From contig JAQGDQ010000712.1 of NCBI GenBank assembly GCA_030141605.1, forward strand, positions 1 to 64,000: 64,000 nt of DNA, written 5' to 3'. Below the pieces are notes generated by a model that worked only from the letters and a program-made list of their open reading frames with translations, searched no databases and was not told the origin of the DNA. The position numbers and the translations under genes are program-made. The stretch comes from Tubiluchus corallicola (Eukaryota > Animalia > Priapulida). Positions 12,086 through 24,800 of this stretch are shown piece by piece; position 1 is the first letter of the stretch; each line of letters opens with the position of its first letter.

Positions 12086-12859
12086 ATAATTTGAACCAAA
12101 ATGCTACAGGTACTTGCCTACATACTAAACTTGATATGGGTGAGTTATAAATTAGATAATATGGATGAGGCACAATTAAATCCCCTCGGGGTCTTATTTC
12201 TTGTACTCCTTTGCGTAACTTTCTTATCTGTTTTCATCCGGTATGAGCGTTCACTATACGCATATATGTAGCATCCTTTCTTGGCAGTTCTTCAAAAATA
12301 CTGCGGGCTTTGCTCCGAAGAGGCCTAATGTCATACCCTGTCCTAAAACTGTTTTATATACCAACAAGCAAGTTAAATGAAACCTTTGTATTAAAACACT
12401 AGCACTAGGAATCATAATAAAGGTCTATATTAGGGTACGATGGGAAAGGGTACCCTGCACAAGATAAAATATTAGTGAGAAAATGATAATAAGCCTAGAT
12501 TAACATAAAATAACACCTGTGTCCTTTTATCGTTTGTGTCACAGTTTTTGTCCAGCGTGAGAGAATGCTGCTGAGCGCGCTACGACACAGCGGAGGTGGA
12601 GCGATAGACCAGTATGTTTTACGTCAATTGTTTGATTTGCTCAATCATAAATTTACGATAGAGATGGGCCGGACAAAAGTATCAGGCTAGAGCGTTGTAA
12701 AGTCTCGATACGCCCCTGCAGGCCGGGCCTCAAGCCCCTTAACCCTTCCACTGTGTACGTGAAAAATTTTAAAGCTCGCTTAGCGCAGCAGGTTAAGCAG
12801 TTATGTGCTGTAACTCGGTAGTCTGGGCTGCATCGTCTCCAACTCCAAAGAGGAGTACC

Positions 12860-13920
12860 AGTTAATGAATAGTTTCTGCAGATTTATTGGTTTAGAATAA
12901 GCAAACTAGTGTTAAATCCTACTAAAACTAAATGTATTGTCTTCAGAATGCGCAATAAAACGTTAACGATGCCACGAAAATCGTCCTTTTGAACGAATTC
13001 GAAATGAAAGTTTTGGGTATTTTACTGAATGAACATTTGAACTGGAGAGCCCACATAAATATGATTCACTCTGAAATTGTCGTGTGAAAAATTGTTTCAC
13101 TAAAACACACTTAACTACACCTTACAACAGTTTAATACTACCATATTTAATACTTTGAGGACACACTACTTACCCTACTGTCTTGCTTAGGCTTAAGAAA
13201 AATGAGTAGCTTAATCAATAATCTCAAGTAGTGTTATCATGTGAGCCTCTTGCTATATAAACATAATTCTATTATATTAGTTGGCGATTTAATACGACTC
13301 GCACTGCATTTTATGTGTATAAAACAAAAAACTAAACTATTTCCTGCTTTTTTGTAAATCGTGTATCTTTAAACATCTTTAAAGCTCTATGCAACAAGAT
13401 CAAATGAATTCTTAAAGGACAGACCTGGCAAAGCACTTCAATACCAATACTGGACCAAGATTATGGATCACTTTAACTAACGATATTAAACTTTTAACAT
13501 CAATTTTTATCTTCAAAAGAAAATTTAAAAAATATGTTTTTTGAAAATTACTATAAATTGTGATTGCTTATTAGTGTACTCTCTAGTTATTTGTTGTGGC
13601 ATTCGCAAACTCACTTTTCTCTGATTATTTTCTTTAACGTGCAATGTACACCAATATCTTCTATCACAAAACTGTTTTAATTCTGTGTTTCTCTATCCAT
13701 CTTTATCTATCCCCTTGCCTATACTTTCAATGTTTTTTCGTACGCCTTCTTTCTTTCACCACATGCCCGTGATACTTTACACAAGTTTATTTACTTCTCA
13801 AGTACCCCACTTACATACTTTCGTTTTTTGAGATTCTGATTGATTATACATTGCTATTCAATTGTTGTTTAAATGCATGTAATTATGTGGATCTAATAAA
13901 CTTAAACATAAACTTAATTA
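12860..13920 (+). mobile_element. Degenerate LINE (L2/Crack-like) RT 3' fragment
   Basis: WFRISKLVLNPTKTKCIVF, KVLGILLNEHLNWRAHI; ends AATAAACTTAAACATAAACTTAA. Confidence 0.75.
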
Positions 13921-16900
13921 GAACGATTTGAGAATTGGCCAAAACTGCAGAACCGCTGGCACAAAAATTCAAAATCGTTCAATTTTTATGCAGGGCTGCT
14001 CTCTTTTAACACTAACCGTACCACTTGTGTTTAGGAATCATTTTCGCCCACCTCGATTATGCAGTTATGCATTTTACCACTGAAAGTCATACAACAAGTC
14101 GCATATTGTTCAGATGTTTTAAATGTGAAGTTAGTAATTTTTATTATGAAACTGGTTTGCAATGTGATTGATTCTTTTTTTACCTACTTAGTTTTATTCT
14201 GCCCAACTGCCTAGATCCCGCGGCGGCCTACACTGACTGGATACTGAAACATGTCAACAGTAAAATCTAGAAATCTAGAAATTTGGAGCGCACTCAAGAG
14301 TTTGACCTAGGACCCCACAAATTAGTAAATAGGATCCTGGTTGTCATGGACTCAATTTTTCGAGTATGCATCATTTATAACGCTGTTTATCATTGCTATG
14401 AATCCGCTTTATCGCAAAAATTTAGAGTACGGGGTAACTCTTTTGTGACGCTATAATATAAAAACTGAACGATATATTTCATGAACGAGAACGTACATCG
14501 CGGCGAAATAGACTTTTTTACAGAGTTATTTTGCAAGCGAGAAATCTGACAGTGAGCATAAGCGCACATTCTACCTGTGTTATAGGCTTTAAGTTTGAAG
14601 TTTTAGTTTTTATCACATTCATTGCAGCATTCAATGCAAGAAAACAAACTATCAAATTGCTGCATCATATGGTGATAATCATGCCTCACATTCAGGTCTA
14701 CTTATAATATTTACCGCATGCATGTTTAGTAGACTTGAATATAGGCCATAGGTGAGTATATGTTAGGTTTCTCGCTGCCAACCATGGCACAATTTGACAG
14801 GATACAACATGGTATCTTTTTTATCCGCGAGCAGCGCGGATCTAAGAAAACCAATACCCTAATTGATGTTGCTGTTGTTACTGTTGGGCATCCACTTTTA
14901 GGCACCGACTCGTAACTCGTAAACGCAGAGTGCTAGTGTCATTAAACCTGCATGATGAGGGTCTCAGACAATAGAGCGGTGAACGTGACCTTAGTTATAG
15001 GGTCAAGAACACAAAACATCGGTCAGAAACAATCCAGAGCACCCACACTGATCACTCCCAAGCACACATGATTAAACTGCACTAGGTCAGGCATTGTCAA
15101 CTGATAAAACTGTCATGCTCGTGGATCAGGATCTGAATTCATTCACTCTTGTTTTACATTTTAAACATTGAGTTTCTACGGCATTAAGTAAGTAATCTTT
15201 AATATTTTTGTATTGAAATTACATTTTACATTGTGTTGTTACTATGCTAAATAATAAATATCAAACAAATTAGGTGATGATAGAGAATAAGAGTGTTGTG
15301 ATTTCTATTCTTTTAACAAATACTTGGATGATTTTACATTTTGCTCAGCGTGCTCCTAGATAAAGGATTAGTTGAATGGTCACTGCATGATCTTAGCTGG
15401 TTATGTTTAATCATTAGTAATAGTACACCTTGGTTTACAATTTGTTTACTATGATTCTGTGAAGAAATCTAACAGCACATTTACATTGATCTGATCTCTC
15501 TTGACATTCTCTAAGATCACATTCATACTAAGATTGTTTATTTGGATGCGTTTAACACTACTCATTTTGAAATTGTTTATCTAATACACCAACGTTGAAA
15601 TAGTTTACTTGTCGTAAAAGTACGTTATGGATACAATATTTTTCTTTGCCATCATTTATACTTTCAGGTGACCACAGTCGGCATCATCCACAGTTCACGG
15701 TATAGCCTGAAAGTTCTAATACGTGTATACTAAATTTGTGCAGTGTACACAAAGTGTGACTGATAGACAGCGATCATGTAAGTCGTGCTGTCGTCTTTAA
15801 TTCATATATAATGTATTTGTAATGTAATTGCTTTGGGTCGGCGTGCCTTGTAGCAAAATATTAAAACCAAAAATAAGGATAGGGCTATGTATTAAATTAT
15901 TGTATTGCATAATGTACGGGACTATGCATTAACTTAGTCTATTATCTATGCATAATATACGGCCAAACCGTTTGGTCGAAACTGATTGTCTTTGACGATC
16001 CGATGCGTCGCCTAACTCAGATTTGTTTACTTTTTGTTTAGTAGATGCCGCTCCATTCGACGAACTCGAAGACACTCAAGGCAGAAGTCGATGAACGCTT
16101 CAAATCATGAGTGTTTTACTTTTTAAACTACGGATTGGGGTTTTCACTGGTTTTAGATTAAGCTAGGTAGATTAACTGTTGAGCATTCTTTCTTAATAGA
16201 GAAACAAACTTGATCTTTAGTAGAGATTACTTCATTAACATATCAATGATGTGCTTGGTGACTGCTCAGTTGCTTCATATAAATTAAAGTCTGCTTGGTG
16301 GTAGCATTTCGACACTAGATGCAGCAGCTAATAGTTCTGTCACGTGTCATTAAAGCCGTATGGCTGTACCTTCATATGAATGCTCCCTAAGCAGGGATGT
16401 TTGATAATCGTCTTGTGGAATCTCAGCATGTACATTGTACAATGATGGAAGCTTGTATACTTTTATCATGTCACCTCAGACCTATTTATACTGCATGCTA
16501 GACAGTTCTGGTACATTCAAGGCCTTTAATCACTCTTTGTAAGGCAGCCTTTTTACCAATGTAGCCATCTTGGTTACTTCATGAAGAATACCTTCAGTCA
16601 GCTTCTGCATTTTTAACTCAAGATAAGCTGTACTATAGGCATAAAGCTAACAGTAACAGTTGCTAACACAAAAGTACGAGTCAAGCAATTCACTTTAGGC
16701 TCATTATCACAGTTACATTAATAGGTTTAAAATGACAGAATACCTAGCAGCAGCACAAAATTTACAGTGGGTCTAATGATGTTACAAGCCCTCATTTGCT
16801 TAAATTTTAGCATACAGCTTCACGATATAAATATCCCTCTAAACCCACTTTTTCTTGTACACTCATTACTTGTTTTTCTCGGATAATGAGTTTTACCAAC

Positions 16901-17127
16901 CATCTTTCTCAGTTCTTGTTTTGTCTAAATCCATTTCTAACTCACCTAATATGTGTGTAAAAAATTTCCGCCATGATTTACTGCTAAACAGTTACATTAC
17001 ATCTTAACTATTGTATATGTTCATGAGTAATTGCTCCTGGTCAAAAATGTTTACAAAGATTGTTCCTATTGTGGTGTAGCATGGCATTTTGATTGTGCTT
17101 TGTAATTTTTCTGACTTTGTTCAATAA

Positions 17128-17807
17128 AGCCAGCATTTCACGGGTCTGTGACTTTTTTCAACGATTGAAAAAGTCCTACAGAATTGAAAAAATTCTCACA
17201 ACTGTGTTTTGTCGCTTTATGCAAAATTCTAAATAATTCTGCACAATTTGCAAATTTCAAGATTTTTTTATCGGACGAAAATTGCGTGAATGTTGCAACA
17301 ATTTTGCGCATATTTAGTGACTTGTGCGACAAGACGAATGTGGCACGACATTCGCACAGATGTATTACTATCATTTGACCACCATTTAGCAGGATTTTCA
17401 TGGAAAAAGTGCGAGACAGCTGAGGGTGTTCAAAATGTTGAAAAGTACTCATCAGGCGCCACTTTTATCAAAAGCATATCAATATGTTCTCCAAGTCTTC
17501 ACGAACTCTGAAACTGTTGACGAACATTAATAATTGGTGTCATATTTGTGCAGGTTTGCACATGTCAGGCAACTTTTCCAACAGTTTGCAAAAGTTTTGG
17601 CGAGTTCGCGAGTTTTGCAACTCTGGTGACAAACTTTAAACATTTTAAATTTTTTGTTAAAGCCAGCAATCCTTTGGTGACGAACGCCGATGAATGTTTT
17701 GTGACTATTTGGGAAACTTTTGGACCAATGCTGAACTATTTGGTGACTGTCGGACTTAGAAATTTGCAGATAGTCACCAATGTCGCGAATCCTGTAAAAC
17801 CCTGGCT
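17128..17807. mobile_element. PIF/Harbinger-like MITE
   Basis: Degenerate TIRs AGCCAGCATTTCACGGGTCTGTGAC vs reverse complement AGCCAGGGTTTTACAGGATTCGCGAC; TAA on both flanks. Confidence 0.7.
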
Positions 17808-18635
17808 TAAAAGTGTTTGGTCAGAGTAACAATTATCTATATTTACTTACTTACTAAAACGCTACATTAACAATTCACTATGAAAACAAATCTGTACATC
17901 CTTGTGATTTTTTAGTTTTCCATCATACTGGTTACTCATATTTTTCTGGTAGTGTCATAAACATGAAAATGTAACCAAAGAAACATTATAAATGCAAATG
18001 ATCACATAAAATTATTTTAAAATCTTATAAAATTTACATAAATTTTATACAAATTAACAAAACGTATTCTCTTGTTCCATTGATAAAACTAACAGTTAGC
18101 AAAATGCTTTTTGTGTAAAGGCACTGTCAATGCTTCTCCCTCAAACAATACGTTTATTCCACCAAAACAGACATTGAAACTTTGCAGATTGCAGGTATAA
18201 CAGAAATTACAGGTAAAGTCTAGTCTGAACAATGAACATGTAATCTTCATCACTTATCGGCAGACCGCAAAGGCCACCTGATTCAAGCAGCGGGCCAACC
18301 ATTCCCCAAGGGAAGAGGCTGCTTGATTCAAGTTGTGGGCTAAACCATTCCTTACCGCGAGTAGTCCAAAGTCACTGTGTGTTTTCCACGGGGATAATAG
18401 GTGCTGTTACATTTAATTTGTGTTACAGCTAGCCATGTTTTTTTTTCACGAAGTGCAACACTTCTTTACAGTTTCGTATAGCATTCAGGCTTCAGCGCAA
18501 TAACTTTGTAAGCTCTTTGATCTGTAATGCGGATATATATATATATATTGGTGTGTTTCTTTTCGCTGCCAACTACAGCAGTTTTTCAAAAATGCTTGTT
18601 CGTTGCAGATCATGAAAAAAACATTTTCATGAGAG

Positions 18636-18812
18636 ATGGATGGTCAAGACTCGTCTACGAGTGGCGTTCATCCTTTTAAGTTGAAATGGTGTGAACACCT
18701 GAACAGCTCTTGGGTGCTGGAAGACTGCGAAACGATTGCCAGTAGGGATGGAATACTGTCGCTTTACGATCGCCTGCTGTCAAATAAGGAAGCCATTAGT
18801 GTGCCAAATCAG
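18636..18812 (+). CDS. HERC1: HERC1 coding exon 1 (MDGQ...[12 protein letters not shown]...VPNQ)
   Basis: Acceptor ttgcag ends 18608, ATG 18636, donor CAG|gtgtgt, phase 0. Confidence 0.9.
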
Positions 18813-21800
18813 GTGTGTTTCGTACTCGTGGATTTTCAGATAACTTGTTAAATACATGTAATACTATTCTAAATGATAATATTCACTCTAATTCTAGAGT
18901 GTGAGTAGAAAAGTTGTCTGTTGTTAAGCCTTTGTAACCATCATCAGGATCTGGTATTTCCATTACAATTACAAATTGTAATTTAAAGACTAATAATACT
19001 AACCAGCTCTTAGACTGGTTCTTACCTCATATGCAATTTTGTCACACAAATAACAGTACTAGTAAATAAGTTTTGAGTTCTCGAACACGGCTGCTAATTA
19101 CTGTAGCACTTTGAACAGGGCCTTACCTGGGGACATCAGTACACTGTGCAAGAAAACCACCATTAAACCAAGCTTATGAGAAACCTTTGCATCTAAGTGA
19201 TGACGCCAGCATGCTAAGTTAGTGTGCAAAAGTAGCGCCATATTACTTGATTTCACTGCACTGATGGCGATATTTGTCGTGCGATTTTTGTAATGATTCC
19301 AAAAAATAAGTTTAAAATGGTAGTGGTAATAAAATCGATTTATATAGGTAGCTGAGAAAATAATTGAAGATCAACATAAAAGCCTAAATCGATTAACTAC
19401 CCCACAATATTACAGGTATTTTAGTTATAAATTGTAATAAATTATTCACACTGATGTACGTGTTGATTTTGCTTCCATGCATGTAATAAAAAATAAACAG
19501 CTTAGATCTGTGTTTTCAGGTATTGCACCTCAAAGGTCCGATGCTGCCGGATTTCCAGCGTGAGAGTCTGTCCGCAGAAGAGAAACATCTGTTTCTGGAC
19601 TCGCTGCTGACCAGTCAGTTGAAGCTAGCTCAAGCTGTCTGCGCCGACACGCCTTTTGCTAATATCCTACTGCGTCGCCAGGTGGTGCTGCAGAGAATTT
19701 TCTACGCTATTTCAAATAAATATCATGATAAGGTATGTTGAACGTATCCTACTTTTTATTCATTTAATAGATTGGATTGATTGTAACACCCCTAGAGTAG
19801 TTAACTGAACCAGTGAAATTCATTTGGTCCCTAAATGAGTTTCTCTCCTCATTTTTTGTATTACTTGTTTATCAAGGTAAAAGTATACATCTTAACACCA
19901 ATACTACTGTAAAATCATTTCTGATAATTAAATAATAGACTAAAATTTTAGTTAACGGTAGGTAAGTCCAACTATTGGTGATATCAAAAGTGAATATAAT
20001 TTTCAACAGCAAGGATTGCACGTGTTTGCAAAAGCGAAAATTAAAGATACAGTGCTACAGTAAGAGATACAGTGTGCTAGTGTTATACTAAAACCCTGCA
20101 AGTTTTAAGATAAAAATTCAAGTTTAAAATTTACTGCTGTGCTCACGCATGAGCTCTCGAACATGTGTACTATGTCAGAAAGGAATACCTCCGAACTGAG
20201 AGGTACAACGCCTGTTTTTTGTGCAGATGGCGCATTTTTGAATAGTGCTTATCTGACTAACGAATGGTGAAGTGCATGTAACAACACTACAAACTAACCG
20301 CGCGAATGTGAAATTACATTTGTGTGGTAATAATTCTTTCACATAAGTCATTCATGAAAAAATAGTGTGTTCCTTTGCAATATTTTAAAGAAAGAGCAGA
20401 TTGTTTTTGACCTACAGTTTAAAATTGGATCCGGTTTTCCTCAAACCATTCTACTTGACTTTGTCATAATATAACTTTTGGGTTACAATCTTAATGTTTT
20501 TTTAAGTTAATATGAAAATCTGTTTCTGGGAAAACCATTTTGTTTAAGTGAAAAACTGTTTTCAGGAAAATTTTACTGCAGAATATTATGCTGCATTGCA
20601 TCTTGTGCACTTTTATTTTCTCTCTCAAGTTACCTAACTCCAGACCATGTGAAGCCTTTCAGTCAAAATTGCTTCTTATTGCTTTTTAAACCACTTTTTA
20701 TTTTATTTTCCGGGATTAACGACTGAAACAGTGAACGATTACTCGCTTATATGAACAAATAAGTAATATATGATTCATTAAGTTTATTAAAAATGTGATT
20801 AACGGAATAGTATAAATGCAGCCTAATAGCAGAGTTTAGTGGTGGGACATCAGCTTCATTTTCTAATCGATTAATCAGTTCCAAAATTGATTCGACAATC
20901 AATTATAATTGGTTTTCAGCAAAATTTCAGGCATAAAATTAGAATATTGGTAGATGTAAAAAATGTAAAGTAAATAATAAGTTTTAAACAAGTTTATTTT
21001 ACTAGTTGGAGTTCACGAAACAGTTCAACAAAGGTGACTTATTTTTTCTTAAAAAACCAGGTATTCATGCCTATGAGAAACATTCTCATCTAGGCAGTGA
21101 CACCAGGTAGATAAGTTGCTGTGCAAAAGTAGTGCTATATTGCTTGATTTCAACAAAATCATTGTGTTTTTACCAAAAAATAAGTGAAATATGGCATTTA
21201 AAAAATTCAATCGATTTGTGTCGGCAGCTGAAACAAATTATAGGTGATTCGTAATAAAAGCCTTCACCAATTGTAATTGATTAAATGCATTAATTGCTCG
21301 CCCACTTCTAGAGTCACTAACGCTGTAAATGTTTACTTTGTTTAGTTGATTAGTTGTTTACTTGCTTACTTGTTTGTGTAACTTGCTGAAAGCATTTAAA
21401 ATTTAATGATTATTATTTCACTTATAAATATGCTCTTTAAGGACAAGGCAAAACAACAACCAGACAGTATTGACGGAGGTGCCGGAAGCGTGTCGGAGAA
21501 GCACTCTCTCGACAAATCACGTTCCGGAAGCGATGCATTGGTAGAGATGGGCATTCGTACGGGACTTAGTCTGCTGTTTGCTTTGCTGAGACAGAGCTGG
21601 AGCCAGAATCCTTCCCCTACGGCTGCTCCGGGGACAATTAGCTTATGCAATGAGGTGCTACGCACAGCAACTGATGTAAGACGACTTTTCCATTTTGCTA
21701 ACAGCTAATTTATCTTTGTAATATTGAAAATTATTTTTATTTTCTTATATCTTTTACGATGTTGAACTTTATATTAAATATTTTTTATTTTATTTTATTT

Positions 21801-24800
21801 AAGAACATTTACATTTTTGAGTAAGAAACTGGCAGCAGGCATATAGCACTTATGCTGGCCATAAAATACAATATGGAGTAATTTAAAATATATTTACAAT
21901 CACACTTATTAATCAAGTACATGTGCAGTAAATATTTTATCATTAAGTGAAAAAATTTAAAAACTTAAATGGAGAGAGACTACAGTAAAGGAAAAATGGC
22001 TTAAATAAAATGATTAAACTTGCAGTAGCGTAAAAAGTTGTAGTTTGCTAGTTTAGTATTGAAACTGCGATGCTTGGTGGATTTACCCACATCATAATCA
22101 AGATTATTCCGCATAGGGTCTATTCTATTTGCAAACGAATTTATACCAAAACGTATAAACTTAATCTAGAATAATATTTGAACAATTTGTAACTGTGACT
22201 ATGTAAATTTTGGGCAGGAGCATAACAAAGGAAATCACCAAATGACAAATATGCTAATTTACGCCGTATTTTATAAATCATCTTAAGATAAAAAATTACT
22301 CACCTGACTTTTAGCTATTGTAAATCTAAGATACGTAACTTGTCCAAGTAGTTACGTAATTTCATGTAAATACAAGTTCACAAATAGAGAAATTGTCATT
22401 TTACACTTCAATAGCCAGACAGTGTCCAAAATCATGAACTGACGTGTGACAGTTAAGGGTTAAGTATTACTGTGATCAATTACCCATCCTTTATGTTGCC
22501 AAAGAGTAATGATTATTTTTTATCAGTGAACATTGGTTTTTATTTACATATTTATTCACTAATCATGAGTAAACAAGATATAAATAACTAGTTTTACTTT
22601 TATATTGTTTTTAGTAAGTTTGTGTATTTACATGTAGAAAATATCTGTCTGTTCTTTTTTCATCTATATTGTAAGTAATTGATGTGCAATATCATTTGTG
22701 AATGTGATGAACAGTGTGGTTAATCAAGTCAAATTGTTTTTCTCTGCTGCAGATTGTTAGTTCTCTGCCTCCTCTTTCGCTGGCTAATGAAAGCAAGATG
22801 CCACAGATCGGAATCGACAGCTTGAATCAGGTTACCATGTTTTTGAAAAGTGCGACTCTACCTAATTCTGGCGCTGACATCACTGGAAAGCATTTGGCTT
22901 CTGAGCTATTATTGGGTATTGCTCCTACATCTTCATTTAGTTTTATTTTGAACTCCCATGTGATCAATTTCATTTGATAATTTATTGAGGAAAATAGTGC
23001 AAGTCTGTTTTTCATGTATAATAGTGTGAGCTAGTGCACCACAAATAGTTGAGAAGTTTTTGCTTGTTTTGCAACACACTGTCAGCAGTTAGGCTAAGCA
23101 GTGGTGCCATTTATACGATAATTTGAGGTTTCGTAAGGGACATAAAATTGACTATGATAATCATATCAGGAATTATACTATAATTTAGAAATCTGAAACA
23201 AAAACAAAAACGTGAAAAAGTTGTGCACTAAAAATATTCAGAACGTTAGTGTTAACCAGTGGGCACTAAATAAACTTTAGTTGCAGTTCCCTGAAAGCAA
23301 AAAATAGAATGCCCATGATGGTTCCGATAAAGCTTGATTCTGCACATGCAGAAATTTGTGACCTTTTACAGTGTTTTAATAAATGAATTTTACACTTGTT
23401 GATGCCCCTTTTGCTGATATAGTTACTATAATTATACAATAATTTGCTGCAATATACAATAATTTTGGGTTGTGGGAAATTCAGCAGAAAACATGATAAT
23501 TTGGCAGAAAATACCATAATTTTTAGCTTCCATTATGATAATCAACATCATACAAAATGGCAACCCCGAAGAAAAGTGCTTGCTTCTGCTGTAACACGCT
23601 ACAAGTAATTTGGAACTGTACACAAGTCTTACTCTAATTATTTAAATTTTAAAAAAATTCCAGATGTTGGTAGCACATTTGGCATCCAAGAATATGAAAA
23701 TAGGTTGGTTCCAAACTTGACTAAATGCAAACTCTTTTACTTTTCATTGTTTAACGTTTACTTGTTCTGATATTGTTGCCTAGTATGAATTTGAAATTGA
23801 GACTGAAATTGTGTACAAGCAATCAATCTTTTGCTAGCTTTTCTAAAGAAGAAAATCTGTGTGCCTTCATTAGTTAATTAATTTAGAAACCCTTAACTCT
23901 TTCACTACGGAAGGCAACATACTGCCGCATATGTTTTTCATGCAAAGGATGGAAGGCGGTAGACTGTTACCCGAGCTCAGCACTAAGCACAGTTACCCAG
24001 GTCTGTTTATTTTACTGCTACGGTCATGCAAAACATTGTAGAAAAGTTAAACAGCCGTGGGATTGGGGTTGCTTTGCAAAAGATGACACTAATCAGCCAA
24101 TAAGCATCTGAAACCAAGTGCATTCCACAATACTGTACTGTATGGTATGTTCCCATGCAAAATCACTTGTAGGTCATTATGAAACGTATGTTTAGTTGAT
24201 TGTTCTGCATTCTTATAAAATGCTTGCATATTATGGATTAGTATTGCGTCTTTTATGAAAACTGGTTTCTAATATAAGTGCATGCTTATCTATGACGTTG
24301 TGCACATGTGTGTGCATACATGAGTGCATGTATGTGTGTGCATGTGTAGGAATAAAACTAATATTCAATATTAGTACTCAATAACGAACAACTATTTGTT
24401 TATTTATAAGATTCTGTTTTATTAACACATCACAAGAAGTTATTGTCAAATGTGCAAAAGTCAATGTGGCCCAGTTAAAAAGCAACTACCTAGTGAAAGA
24501 GTTAAGTAAATTAAGCTAACTGGAGATAGCCATCTGACAAAACCATGTTCCTGTAAGCTACGTAAAAGTGACCATTTGGTCAAGCAGTCATATGTGTCAT
24601 GATTACGTGGATGGTTACCAAAAATAGCTGGAACTGCCGTGTGCTTGAAAGACCATGTTTCTTTGCTTTCGGCACTTTTTGCATGAGGTGGTACCTTATT
24701 TCTTGCATTTTTCCTCAATTTTAATTACAGGATTGGTTAGACTTGATAAGCGAACGTTCGTTGTTTCGGCTCTTTTCACTTGAGTTTAGTATGAGATTTG

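Noticed and set aside
12774-12845. tRNA-like sequence GCTCGCTTAGCGCAGCAGGTTAAGC...CTGTAAC
   Set aside because: No intact T-arm/B-box or acceptor stem; at most a SINE head or pseudogene.
17138-17829. Cluster of overlapping 64-104 aa ORFs
   Set aside because: They lie within a Harbinger-like MITE and show no recognisable domain or splice structure.
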